Below are positions 35,380 through 45,083 of a stretch of 64,000 nt of DNA, in pieces. A model generated the notes under the pieces. The model was not told the origin of the DNA. It searched no databases and was given only the letters and a program-made list of their open reading frames with translations. Each line of letters starts with the position of its first letter. Position 1 is the stretch's first letter. Source of the DNA: Lentisphaerota bacterium (GTDB lineage Bacteria; Verrucomicrobiota; Kiritimatiellia; UBA8416; VGWI01); assembly GCA_016873655.1 (NCBI GenBank), contig VGWI01000003.1, forward strand, positions 1,737-65,736. Reading direction: 5' to 3'. The translations under genes were made by a program, and so were the position numbers.

Positions 35380-36243
35380 ATGTGCGAACACAGCCCGCTC
35401 GCCGGAAAAACCGGATGCCCGGAAACAGCGCAGACCGTCTTCGATTCGGCGCACCGCCAGCCGCCGGCAATCGAAGAGCTTGTCCAGCTATGGCGCTACC
35501 GCGACCTCGTGGCGCAGCTCGTCATCCGCAACATCAAGGCCCGCTACAAGCGTTCCGTGCTTGGAGTCGTTTGGACGATGCTGAATCCGCTGCTGATGAT
35601 GGCGGTGCTCTCGCTCGTGCTGCACGGGCTCTTCGGGCTCCGCGTGCCGAACTACTCCGCGTACCTGCTTGCCGGCCTTCTGCTCTGGCAGTTCTTCGCC
35701 CAGGCAACCCTGGCCAGCACAAGCGAGATCGTGTGGGGCGCAAGCCTCGTCAAGCGCATCTACGTGCCGCGGACGGCATTCGCCGTAGCCGCCGTCGGGA
35801 ACGGACTGGTCAACCTGGCTCTCTCGCTTGTCCCGCTTGCGCTGATAATGGCCGTCCTCGGAATCCCGGTCGGCAGAGCGGCGCTGACGATCCCGGTTTC
35901 TGTCCTGCTGACGGCAATGTTCACGCTCGGCGTGGCTCTGTTTGTTTCGTCGGTGGCAGTCTATTTCGCCGACTTCATGGAGATATACCAGGTTGCCCTG
36001 ACAGCGTGGATGTACCTGACACCCGTGATCTATCCGATAGACATCGTCCCGGAACGTTACCGATGGCTTTTCAAGTTGAACCCCATGTGCCACCTCGTCG
36101 ACATCTTCCGCGCGCCGATACACATGAACGCCCTGCCGGCCATGGAGTCCCTCTGCGCCGCTGCCGGCGCCTCCGTGCTGGTCCTGCTGCTTGGCTGGCT
36201 GTTCTTCACACGGAATTCCGATGAAATCGCCTACCGCGCCTGA
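35380..36243 (+). CDS. wzm: ABC-2 type polysaccharide export permease (Wzm/KpsM/TagG family)
   Basis: Six predicted TM helices; conserved N-terminal QLWRYRDLVAQLVIRNIKARYKRSVLGVVW typical of ABC-2 glycan exporters. The listed ORFs start within the MITE and translate the repeat (MITITIRITI...); the real start is ATG 35380. Confidence 0.8.
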   Translation: MCEHSPLAGKTGCPETAQTVFDSAHRQPPAIEELVQLWRYRDLVAQLVIRNIKARYKRSVLGVVWTMLNPLLMMAVLSLVLHGLFGLRVPNYSAYLLAGLLLWQFFAQATLASTSEIVWGASLVKRIYVPRTAFAVAAVGNGLVNLALSLVPLALIMAVLGIPVGRAALTIPVSVLLTAMFTLGVALFVSSVAVYFADFMEIYQVALTAWMYLTPVIYPIDIVPERYRWLFKLNPMCHLVDIFRAPIHMNALPAMESLCAAAGASVLVLLLGWLFFTRNSDEIAYRA

Positions 36244-37006
36244 CAACCGCAACACAACCGAGACAGAGACGCTGAGCCCGGACACGGCGATCAGGATTGA
36301 CCGCGTTACCGTCCGCTACCGCCTCCCGCACGAACGAATCCACACGTTCAAGGAATACGTGATCCGCATGCTGCGCGGACAACTCAGGATGATTGACCAC
36401 CTCGCGCTGCGGGACGTAAGCATGGAAGTCCGCCGGGGCGAGGTCCTCGGAATAGTCGGGCGCAACGGCGCCGGCAAGAGCACGCTGCTGAAACTGGCGG
36501 CGCGGGTGCTCCAGCCGACCGAAGGGCGGATCCGGATAAGGGGCCGTGTGGCGCCGCTGCTGGACGTCGGCGGCGGATTCCATCCCGAGCTGACCGGGCA
36601 CGAAAACATCTTTCTGAACGGCGCGCTGCTGGGACTCTCCCGCGCGGAGATAACCCGCCGCCTCGACAGCATCGTGGAGTTCGCCGAGCTTCGGGACTGC
36701 ATCGAATCGCCCCTGCGCACGTATTCCAGCGGCATGATCGCCCGCCTGGGCTTTGCGATAGCCACGGACGTCGAGCCGGACATCCTGCTGATAGACGAAA
36801 TCCTCGCGGTCGGCGACGAGAAGTTCCGCGCGAAATGCGCCGGACGCATACGGCGCTTTCGCGACGCCGGCACCACCATCGTTCTGGTTTCGCACGATAT
36901 GCACATGGTCCGCGAACTGTGCGGGCGCGCAGTCTGGCTGAACAAGGGCCGCGTCGAGGGCGAGGGCACGGCAGACGAGATCGTGACACTCTACAGCCGC
37001 GCCTGA
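36221..37006 (+). CDS. wzt: Polysaccharide export ABC transporter ATP-binding protein (Wzt/KpsT/TagH family)
   Basis: Walker A GRNGAGKST, signature YSSGMIARLGF, Walker B ILLIDE. No C-terminal carbohydrate-binding domain (about 260 aa). Overlaps wzm by 23 nt. Confidence 0.85.
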   Translation: MKSPTAPDNRNTTETETLSPDTAIRIDRVTVRYRLPHERIHTFKEYVIRMLRGQLRMIDHLALRDVSMEVRRGEVLGIVGRNGAGKSTLLKLAARVLQPTEGRIRIRGRVAPLLDVGGGFHPELTGHENIFLNGALLGLSRAEITRRLDSIVEFAELRDCIESPLRTYSSGMIARLGFAIATDVEPDILLIDEILAVGDEKFRAKCAGRIRRFRDAGTTIVLVSHDMHMVRELCGRAVWLNKGRVEGEGTADEIVTLYSRA

Positions 37007-37075
37007 CCAGGCGTTGCGTTGCGCTGTTCGGCAGCGCAGCCGCCGGGTCCCGCGCACAGGAAACAGGCGTCTTGC

Positions 37076-39964
37076 ATGGACGATGACGGAAACATCGAAT
37101 CGCACTACGACCGGATATGGGACTCCGATCCGGTCCCGCCGTACGTCGAGTCCCTGCTGCCGGCCATGGCCGGGCTGGGCCTGCGCCACTCTTCAACGGT
37201 GCTGGACGTGGGTTGCGGAAACGGTGTGCTGGGCCGGCGGCTGATGGACCTTTACGGCTGCCGGATTTACGGCACGGACATCTCGCCGGTTGCGCTGAAA
37301 GCCGCGTCGGCACGCGGCTACGCCGGCGTCGCAAGGACAAGCGCCGACCCGCTGGCCCGGTTCCGGCAGCCGTTCCCCGGCCAGCGGTTCGACGTTGTGG
37401 TGTTGAGCGCGGTCCTTGAGCACGTCTTCGACCCGGCTGCATTGATTGCAGCGTCCCATTCGGCCTTGAAGCCAGGCGGGTTCATCGTTGTTCTGACGCC
37501 CAACGTCACGTGGTTCCTGAACCGCCTTCTGTTCCTGCTTGGCATGTGGGAACACCCTCTCCTGGGAGGAACGGACGGCCACATACGTTACCTGAACCGG
37601 CGCATGCTGCAGAAGCTGGTGACAGACGCCGGCTTCGGCGGCCTTGACTGGTCATTCTCTTCCATGGCCGCCCTGCCGCCGGGCCAGAACCTGCACGTCC
37701 GCGGCCGCCGCGTCCCGCTCGTCCGCCGCCTCGCGGGACGGCGCGCGCGTGTTCGCCCCTCGCTCTGGGCGGAGAACTTCATCCTTCTCGCGCGGAAACC
37801 GGTATCCGACCCGGACACCTCCCAATGGGCGGACCTGGCCGGCAAGACGGACCTCATGCCGTTGAAGATTCTGCACATCGCCGCAACACCGAACGGAGCC
37901 AACTGGATGTTCGAAATCACGCGCGACTTGCGATCAAGGGGCCACGATGCCGCCGCGCTGATCTCGCCCGGCCAGGGCGATCTTGCGCCCAAGCTCCAGC
38001 GCGCCGGCGTGCCGTATCACGTGTTCGACCTGGACGTCATGAGCGTCAACGACTACGCAGGCATCGTTCGCCGTGTACTGAAGCTTGCCCGGTTCCTCAG
38101 GGAACATCGCTTCGACGTGGTACACTATCACCTCTTCACTTCCGTTATCCTCGGCCGCGTCGCGGCCTACATCGCCGATGTTCCGCTGCGCTTCTCCATG
38201 TGCACGGGGCCGTTCTACCTGGAAGCGCCGGCAACGCGCGAGGTGGACCGCCGCACGTTCTGGATGGACACGAAGGTCATCCCGTCCTGCGAGTTCAGCC
38301 GCAAGCTATACCTGGAGATGGGGCTCCCCGCCAGACGGATGGAACGCATCTTCTACGGCGCTGACCCGTCCGCATTCGATCCGGCCAAGGCTGACGGGGG
38401 CAAACTCAGGCGCGAGTACGGAATCCCGGACAACTCCCCGATCGTCAGCATGGTTGCCTATTTCTACAGCCGCCTCCCGTACGGCAAGTGGACGCCGCCG
38501 CAGCTCCAGGGCCGCGCTGTGAAGGGACACGACACAGTGCTTGAGGCCGCGAAACTCGTTCTGCAACGCAATCCGCGCGCCAGGTTTCTCCTGGTCGGCA
38601 GGGGATGGGAAGCCGGGGGCGAGGAATTCATGCTGGAGATGAAATCGCTGGCGAAGTCGCTGGGCATAGACCATGCAGTGATCTTCACCGGCATGCGGCG
38701 CGACATTCCCGATGTGCTGGCCGGCTCCGATGTCACCATCCAGTCCTCGCGCAGCGAGAACCTCGGCGGAAGCATCGAGGCGCTGTTGATGGCGCGGCCC
38801 ACCGTGGCGTCGGCCGTCGGCGGACTGGTTGATGCCGTTCGCCACGAGGAAACAGGCCTGCTCGTCCCTATGGACGATGCGCCGGCGCTGGCGGCGGCGA
38901 TTCTCCGTCTTCTGGACAACCCTGAATGGGCGGCCACACTGGGGAGAAACGGGCGCGCGTTGATGCTGCGGGACTTCACCCTGTCCAGAACAGTTGACGA
39001 TCTGGATCAACTCTACCGGACGGAGGCGGGAAAGATCATGCAACGCGAACGGCCTTCGGCGCCTGGCCCGGCCGCCCGCCGCTACCGGCCGTCGGTCAGC
39101 CTGCTGCGCCTGATGTGTGTCGCCGTCCGCCTGGGCTTCTTTGCCTTGTGTTTCGATCTGCCGGACATCGCCGCGGGCGCGATGCGCCGGAGAGTGGCAG
39201 GCCTCAAGCGGCCCGCCGCGCGCAACGCCGCCGCGCTGTTCGCGGGGCTGGGCCGGGATCTGATTCACTTGACGCCGCTTCTGCTCCCGGCGGCAGCGAT
39301 CTCCATCTTCCTGACCGGAACGGCGCGCATGGTCTTCCTGGCCGCCCTGTTGTCGTCCGCGCTCTTCGTGCGGCTGAAATACGCCGGCCCGGCCGTCAGC
39401 CTGGTTCGGCTTGCCACAAAGCGCGTTTTCGATCTGCTGATCGTTGCGGTCATCGCCGCGGCCGGCTCGCCGCTGTGGATCGCCGCCGTTGTCGCCGCGA
39501 AACGTCTGCCGGGCCCCGCGCTCGTGCGCTCGCCGAGAATCGGACGATTCGGGATTGTCTTTGACATGTTCACGCTGCGGAGCCGGCTGCCGGACTCCGG
39601 CGCAGCCTTCTTCGCCCGGCTGCTCCGTCGCATCCACGCGTGGAACGCCCCCGCCATCATCAACGTGGCGCGCGGCGAAATGAGCATCGTCGGCCCCCGC
39701 CCGGTTTCACCCGAACCGGCTGCCGGTTCATCCGGAATCCGGCGCAAACCGACAGCCAAGCCCGGCCTGGTTGGCTGGGCTGAAGTCAGGATGCCCGCCG
39801 CTTCGGCAGAGGAAGAGATGCGCCTCGATCTGTGGTACGAGGAACATCAGTCCTTCTGGCTGGACGCATGGACCGTGTTGAAGGCGGCGGCAGGCTGCGT
39901 CATGCGCGGGAGCGCCGCGTCGGCAGCCGACCATTGCGGGCCAGGACGCGAGCCGCCGCAATGA
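37076..39964 (+). CDS. Three-domain fusion: class-I SAM methyltransferase + GT4 (GT-B) glycosyltransferase + degenerate bacterial sugar-transferase (PGT, PF02397-like) membrane domain
   Basis: N-terminal VLDVGCGNGVLG (MT motif I). Middle domain with the GT4 EX7E motif (ENLGGSIEALLMARPTVASAVGGL). C-terminal domain with TM, VFDLLIVAV...SIVGPRP...PGLVGWAEV but lacking the catalytic Asp-Glu dyad (LDELP replaced by HAWNAP) and the KFRTM motif. Confidence 0.75.
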   Translation: MDDDGNIESHYDRIWDSDPVPPYVESLLPAMAGLGLRHSSTVLDVGCGNGVLGRRLMDLYGCRIYGTDISPVALKAASARGYAGVARTSADPLARFRQPFPGQRFDVVVLSAVLEHVFDPAALIAASHSALKPGGFIVVLTPNVTWFLNRLLFLLGMWEHPLLGGTDGHIRYLNRRMLQKLVTDAGFGGLDWSFSSMAALPPGQNLHVRGRRVPLVRRLAGRRARVRPSLWAENFILLARKPVSDPDTSQWADLAGKTDLMPLKILHIAATPNGANWMFEITRDLRSRGHDAAALISPGQGDLAPKLQRAGVPYHVFDLDVMSVNDYAGIVRRVLKLARFLREHRFDVVHYHLFTSVILGRVAAYIADVPLRFSMCTGPFYLEAPATREVDRRTFWMDTKVIPSCEFSRKLYLEMGLPARRMERIFYGADPSAFDPAKADGGKLRREYGIPDNSPIVSMVAYFYSRLPYGKWTPPQLQGRAVKGHDTVLEAAKLVLQRNPRARFLLVGRGWEAGGEEFMLEMKSLAKSLGIDHAVIFTGMRRDIPDVLAGSDVTIQSSRSENLGGSIEALLMARPTVASAVGGLVDAVRHEETGLLVPMDDAPALAAAILRLLDNPEWAATLGRNGRALMLRDFTLSRTVDDLDQLYRTEAGKIMQRERPSAPGPAARRYRPSVSLLRLMCVAVRLGFFALCFDLPDIAAGAMRRRVAGLKRPAARNAAALFAGLGRDLIHLTPLLLPAAAISIFLTGTARMVFLAALLSSALFVRLKYAGPAVSLVRLATKRVFDLLIVAVIAAAGSPLWIAAVVAAKRLPGPALVRSPRIGRFGIVFDMFTLRSRLPDSGAAFFARLLRRIHAWNAPAIINVARGEMSIVGPRPVSPEPAAGSSGIRRKPTAKPGLVGWAEVRMPAASAEEEMRLDLWYEEHQSFWLDAWTVLKAAAGCVMRGSAASAADHCGPGREPPQ

Positions 39965-41633
39965 CGGCGGGCATGAGAAGACACACGTTCGTGAAGGCGT
40001 ACAGCAGGTGCTGTCCCAGCGCCGTGATCAGGCATGGAACCAGATAGAAGAGCCACAACCTTCTGAAGTCTGACGCTTTCGACAAACGGAATGCGGCTGC
40101 AATGAGAGCCGCAAGCGCCACGGCCGCCGGAATCAGCCCGTACTCGAACGCCAGATCGAGGTACGTATTGTGCATGTGTGCGTAGTACAGCTTCGTTTCA
40201 CGTTGCGCATGCTTGTGGAAACGCGCCCAGGTGCCAGCCCCGCCGCCGCGTACGATATACCCGTCCGCGATCTTCCCCGCGCCCAGCGTCCACATATCGG
40301 CCCGCGCCGGCTCGAATCGCGCCAGCCACGGTTTCGCGCGCGCCACAAGACGCGTTGCGCCTGATCTGTCACCGCGCTCCACGGGCTTCCCTGCGAATTC
40401 CACGGCCGACCAGGCCGCCAGCGCGACAAGGCATGCAATCCGGACGCGGCGATAGCGGACCGGACCGCGTCCGGTCAGCGACCCGGACAAACCTTCCGCC
40501 GCGCGCAGAATCAGCCAGGCTGCCGGCAGCACGACCATGACCGCCCCGAGCACAAGCAGGGCTTTCGGGATGAACGTGCCAACAGCCAGCCTTGCCACGG
40601 ACAACACGTTCGGCAGCCCAACCACCGACGCCGTGTCCAGAAACCACAGAGTTGAAAGAACGACACCTGCGGCAAACAACAGGGCCGCCACGCGCCATGG
40701 CCGGGAGACCCGGCGCCGCGTGCCGGCCATGCCGCTCTGCAACCCGGCGCAGCGTGCCGGCCGGCAGAACATAAGCGCGACACCCGCCGCCGCGGCATAG
40801 AAAGCAATCTGGAGAATGAACAGCGCCGGCGGAAGCAAACCGCACAGCCCGGCAAACACACGCCTCGCACGGGTCATCGCGGCGAGAGCAAACCAGGGCA
40901 GCGCAAGCGCAACCAGGAAGGCAAAATAGCTGAGATTGTAACCGGCGCCGTGAAAGAGAAGTCCGGCAAGCCGCGCGTGATTGGTCGTGCCAAGGAAATG
41001 ATGCGGGCCCTGCCACGGCAGCAACGCGCTCCCGAAAGCGGCCAGCATGGCCGTGACTCCCGCCGCAAACGCGGCGGCCCAGATCCGCCGCGACGAGAAG
41101 AAGGCCGGGAAACACACGACACCGGCGCAGATTGCCGCCGCAAGCGAACGCTGGACACACTGACGCAAAGGGAAGACGTACCAGCTTGCCCGGGCCGAAA
41201 GGAAATGCCCCACGGCCTCACGCGGCGGCCGGCCGAGAATATCCAGGCACAGTGCGCCCCCTTCCCTCGGCCAGGAAAGGAACAGCACGGCCGCTGCCGC
41301 CAGCGCAACCGGAAACAGCGCCTTGGGGTTGCGTCTGCCGGCTGCAAGAAGCCGCAACAGCAGAACCAGCGCCACAAGCTCCTGCCACCATGCCCTGTCG
41401 CTGCCCGAATCGCACATGAAGGCCGGGCACGTCATCACCAGCAGAGGCAGGCATGTGGCCGGACGGACGAGGACCATGCCGCAAAGAAGCCATCCCAGCG
41501 CAATCCACTCGAGCGGCCCGCTCCGGAACGGCAACACGATCTGGCCGAAGAGAAGAAGCAATACCCATCCGCCGAGGACAACCCTGTCCGCCGTTCCTCC
41601 CCGAACACGAGTCCATCCCGCCACCAGGTTCAC
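39900..41633 (-). CDS. Wzy_C-domain polytopic membrane protein (O-antigen ligase WaaL / O-oligosaccharyltransferase PglL family)
   Basis: 577 aa with more than 10 TM segments. Conserved Wzy_C motif region AHMHNTYLDLAFEYGLIPAAVALAAL (compare H-x-H-N-x-Y-L of WaaL/PglL). Last gene of the pglC-pglD-pglE-pglF-like operon. Confidence 0.7.
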   Translation of the reverse strand: MNLVAGWTRVRGGTADRVVLGGWVLLLLFGQIVLPFRSGPLEWIALGWLLCGMVLVRPATCLPLLVMTCPAFMCDSGSDRAWWQELVALVLLLRLLAAGRRNPKALFPVALAAAAVLFLSWPREGGALCLDILGRPPREAVGHFLSARASWYVFPLRQCVQRSLAAAICAGVVCFPAFFSSRRIWAAAFAAGVTAMLAAFGSALLPWQGPHHFLGTTNHARLAGLLFHGAGYNLSYFAFLVALALPWFALAAMTRARRVFAGLCGLLPPALFILQIAFYAAAAGVALMFCRPARCAGLQSGMAGTRRRVSRPWRVAALLFAAGVVLSTLWFLDTASVVGLPNVLSVARLAVGTFIPKALLVLGAVMVVLPAAWLILRAAEGLSGSLTGRGPVRYRRVRIACLVALAAWSAVEFAGKPVERGDRSGATRLVARAKPWLARFEPARADMWTLGAGKIADGYIVRGGGAGTWARFHKHAQRETKLYYAHMHNTYLDLAFEYGLIPAAVALAALIAAAFRLSKASDFRRLWLFYLVPCLITALGQHLLYAFTNVCLLMPAVIAAARVLARNGRLPTRRSRA

Positions 41634-43546
41634 AGCACCGGCACATTCTGCTGCACGGCGTACTCCGGCAGTATCTCGACCAGTTTCCGCCTGATTCCGG
41701 CGGCGTCGTGGCGGCCGGCAATCTCAGCCAGTTCTTCTATCGCGCCCATCAACAGTCCCGAATCCGGCTGAGAACCGGCTTCGCGCTTCAGGACAAGAAT
41801 GCCCTTGTGCGAGGTCGGGGCAACTCCTTCCCCTTCGGTGATGAGTTCCTCGTGAAGCTTCTCGCCCGGCCGCAGGCCCGTGAAGACGATGCTCCCTTCC
41901 CTGTCCGGATCCATGCCGGACAGGCGGAGCAGGTCGCGCGCCATGGCGGCAATCCGCACCGGCTGCCCCATGTCCAGCACAAATGTCTCCCCGCCGGTCC
42001 CGAGCCCGCCAGCCTGCAGGATGAGCCGGGCCGCCTCGGGTATCGACATGAAGTACCTCGTCACTTCCGGATGCGTGACCGTGACCGGCCCGCCGCTCCG
42101 GATCTGCTCCCTGAAGATGGGGACAACCGAACCGGACGACCCGACCACGTTCCCGAAACGCACGGCCATGAAGACCGTGCCGTTCCCCGCCATGGCATGC
42201 ATCGCCAGTTCGGCCACGCGCTTTGAGGCGCCCATCACGTTCGTCGGTCTTACCGCCTTGTCGGTGGAAACCAGAACGAACCTTGCGGCCCCGTGCTTCG
42301 TCGCCGCTCGCATGGTCGCGCAACTTCCGAGGATGTTGTTGGTGACGGCCTCCCATGGGTTCGCTTCGAGCATCGGCACGTGCTTGTAGGCGGCGGCATG
42401 GAATACGACCGAGGGCTTGTAGCGCTCGAAGACCCGTTCCATCAGGCATTCATCGGCCACACTGCCGAGGATGGCCACGTGGCGCGGGAACCGCAGCCGG
42501 GTCTTGAGCTGCAGCTCCATCGCAAACAGGTTCGCCTCCGAGGAGTCGAGCAACACCAGCAAGCCTGGCCGGAACTCTATGATCTGCCTGCACAACTCGG
42601 AACCGATGGACCCGCCGCAGCCCGTGACCAGGACCGATTTCCCTTCGATGTAGCCGCGGATGCTTTCCACGTCCAGTTGCGCCGGTTCGCGGCCAAGGAG
42701 GTCCTCATAGTCCACATCGCGCAGATCCTTAAGGCCCGCCTTTCCTCCGATGAGTTCACCGATGCCGGGCACGATCTTCAGCTCGACGCGCCGGCCTTCG
42801 CAGTCCTGTACGATTCTCCGCATGGTCGCGGCGGAAACCCCGCTGATGGTCACCAGCACCTTCCTGACGCCGTGCCGGTCTATGCAGCGGCCGAGGGCGT
42901 CAACCGTGCCAATGACGGGAATGCCGTGAACCGAGCGCCCCCGCTTGCCCGGGTCATCGTCCACAAACCCCACCACCGAGCACGCCAGTTTCGGATTCTC
43001 CTGTATCTCCTGCAGTATCCGCTCCCCGGCAATGCCGGCGCCCACTATCATGGTCCGTACACCGGAACGGAATTGCCCGCGCCAGTTCAGAACCCGCGGC
43101 AGCGCCATCGCCTGGAGCCCGCTTCGATGCAGGAACACTCCCCGTATGCCTGTTCGCAGCGCACCGGTGAGAAGAAACGATATCAGGCCGTCCAGGACGA
43201 ACACGCCGCGCGACAGTCCGCTTGTCCCCTGGAACCACGCCAGCGTGAGGACAACGGCCAGCGACGCCACCGTCAGGGCCTGAAACAGACGGACAATGTC
43301 CTTGAGCCCCGTGTAGCGCCACATTCCGCGGTACAACCCGAACGCCGACAGGCACAGCGCTTTCACGGGCAACACGAGGCACAGCAACGGCGCTATCTGC
43401 CGGCGATAGTATGCCGGTATCGCAAAGTCGAAGCGTATCGCGTAGGCCAGCAACATCGACAACGCCATCAGCAAGGCGTCGGCGGCCAGCATGAGGTACA
43501 GCTTCGGGTTCCCGAACCGCGCGGCCATCGTCCTCATCGCCGTCAT
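41630..43546 (-). CDS. Membrane-bound UDP-GlcNAc 4,6-dehydratase (CapD/PglF/WbpM family)
   Basis: 638 aa: four N-terminal TM helices, two Rossmann regions (IVGAGIAGE..., VLVTGCGGSIGSEL) and the SDR catalytic YKHV...K. Confidence 0.85.
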   Translation of the reverse strand: MTAMRTMAARFGNPKLYLMLAADALLMALSMLLAYAIRFDFAIPAYYRRQIAPLLCLVLPVKALCLSAFGLYRGMWRYTGLKDIVRLFQALTVASLAVVLTLAWFQGTSGLSRGVFVLDGLISFLLTGALRTGIRGVFLHRSGLQAMALPRVLNWRGQFRSGVRTMIVGAGIAGERILQEIQENPKLACSVVGFVDDDPGKRGRSVHGIPVIGTVDALGRCIDRHGVRKVLVTISGVSAATMRRIVQDCEGRRVELKIVPGIGELIGGKAGLKDLRDVDYEDLLGREPAQLDVESIRGYIEGKSVLVTGCGGSIGSELCRQIIEFRPGLLVLLDSSEANLFAMELQLKTRLRFPRHVAILGSVADECLMERVFERYKPSVVFHAAAYKHVPMLEANPWEAVTNNILGSCATMRAATKHGAARFVLVSTDKAVRPTNVMGASKRVAELAMHAMAGNGTVFMAVRFGNVVGSSGSVVPIFREQIRSGGPVTVTHPEVTRYFMSIPEAARLILQAGGLGTGGETFVLDMGQPVRIAAMARDLLRLSGMDPDREGSIVFTGLRPGEKLHEELITEGEGVAPTSHKGILVLKREAGSQPDSGLLMGAIEELAEIAGRHDAAGIRRKLVEILPEYAVQQNVPVL

Positions 43547-44679
43547 CCGACTTCCATCGCGCGCCGAACAGCGCCTATGACGCGATCCTGATCCGCGTCA
43601 GTCATGCCCGTTCCCGAGGGCAGGCAAAGGCCCAGCCTGAACAGCCGCTCGCTCACCGAACCGCCGTACATCCTGCAACCGGCGAACACCGGCTGCATGT
43701 GCATCGGTTTCCATACGGGGCGCGCCTCGATGTCTTCCTTCTCGAGCGCCAGCCGCACGGCTTCCCGGTCCACCGACGCAACCGCGGGCTCTATCAGGAT
43801 CACCGTCAACCACCGGTTCGACCGCCCCCACGCCGCCTCGGGCATGAACGTCACGCCGGCGAGGCCTGAAAGGGCCTCAACGTAGCGGTCAAATATCTCT
43901 CTCTTCCGCCTGACGCGCTGGTCGAGAACACGCAACTGGCCGCGGCCGATTGCGGCAACAATGTTGCTCATCCGGTAGTTGTAGCCGATTTCAGCGTGCT
44001 CATAGTGCGGGTAGTTCTCGCGCGCCTGCTGCGAGAGCTTGCGCGCGTGCGCGATCAACTTCCCGTCTTCGGACGCGAGAAGTCCTCCGCCGGACGTGGT
44101 GATGATTTTGTTCCCGTTGAAGGAAAAGACCGCCATTTTGGCGCCGTTGCCTGCATGCCTGCCCCGGGACTCCGCGCCCATAGCCTCGGCGGCATCGGCT
44201 ATGACGGGTATGCCATGCGGCAGGCACGTTTCCGTCAGGCGCTCGTAGTCCGCGCACTGACCGTACAGATCGGTGGGAATCACCGCCCTGGGCCTGATCC
44301 CGGCGCGGATGCAGTCATCCACCACTTCAGCCAGCAGTCCAGGATCCATCGTCCAGCTTCCCTCGTCGGCATCAACAAAGACGGGCGTCGCGCCCTGAAA
44401 GACGGCAGGACTTACGCTGCCGATGAACGTGAGGGATGACGCGATCACGGTGTCGCCGGCCTGCACGCCGAGAACGCGGAGGGCAAGATGCATCGCAGCT
44501 GTCCCGCTGTTCACGGCCAGGCAGTGCGGCAGGCCCACGCGTTCCGCAAACTCCTTCTCGAACGCGTCAACCATCGGGCCCAGCGGCGCGATGTAGTTCG
44601 AGGCGAACGCTTCGCGCACCAGGTCCAGTTCCTGCCCGGACATGTGGGGCGGGGAAAGAAAGAGCCGTCCTGCGCTCAA
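43543..44679 (-). CDS. DegT/DnrJ/EryC1/StrS-family PLP-dependent sugar aminotransferase (PglE-like)
   Basis: 378 aa; ...FSFNGNKIITTSGGG... PLP-lysine region and overall DegT architecture. Confidence 0.85.
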   Translation of the reverse strand: MSAGRLFLSPPHMSGQELDLVREAFASNYIAPLGPMVDAFEKEFAERVGLPHCLAVNSGTAAMHLALRVLGVQAGDTVIASSLTFIGSVSPAVFQGATPVFVDADEGSWTMDPGLLAEVVDDCIRAGIRPRAVIPTDLYGQCADYERLTETCLPHGIPVIADAAEAMGAESRGRHAGNGAKMAVFSFNGNKIITTSGGGLLASEDGKLIAHARKLSQQARENYPHYEHAEIGYNYRMSNIVAAIGRGQLRVLDQRVRRKREIFDRYVEALSGLAGVTFMPEAAWGRSNRWLTVILIEPAVASVDREAVRLALEKEDIEARPVWKPMHMQPVFAGCRMYGGSVSERLFRLGLCLPSGTGMTDADQDRVIGAVRRAMEVG

Positions 44680-45083
44680 GAGCCGTTTCCCTTCCTCTTC
44701 ACTATTCTGGCCGGAACCCCGAAGGCAACGCAGTCGGCCGGGATGTCACTGTTGACGAAACTCATCGCCCCGATGACGGCATTCTCGCCAACCGTCACAC
44801 CGGGCATGATGACGCTGTGCGCCCCGATCCGGCAATTTCTCTTCAGAACAACGGGCCCATGCTTGTCGTCTATCGTGGAAACGGAGTAGATGGAACAGTG
44901 CGACCCTATCTGTACGTCGTCTTCAATGGCCACGCCGTGTTTTGCGTTGATGTAGGTGAAGGCGCCAATGTCGGTCCGGGTCCCCATCTGGAGCCCGTTC
45001 TTGTGCTGCACCAGCCAGTTGTACCTGGTGAGCTTGCCGTCCTCGATCACCGGCTTCTCCCATCGCTCGAATCGCTGTTCCAT
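44676..45083 (-). CDS. Left-handed beta-helix (hexapeptide-repeat) sugar N-acetyltransferase (PglD/WbbJ-like)
   Basis: Hexapeptide repeats (IGSHCSIYSV, IGAHSVIMPGVTVGENAVIGAMSFV). ATG 45083 overlaps the pglC-like stop (TGATG). Confidence 0.7.
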   Translation of the reverse strand: MEQRFERWEKPVIEDGKLTRYNWLVQHKNGLQMGTRTDIGAFTYINAKHGVAIEDDVQIGSHCSIYSVSTIDDKHGPVVLKRNCRIGAHSVIMPGVTVGENAVIGAMSFVNSDIPADCVAFGVPARIVKRKGNGS

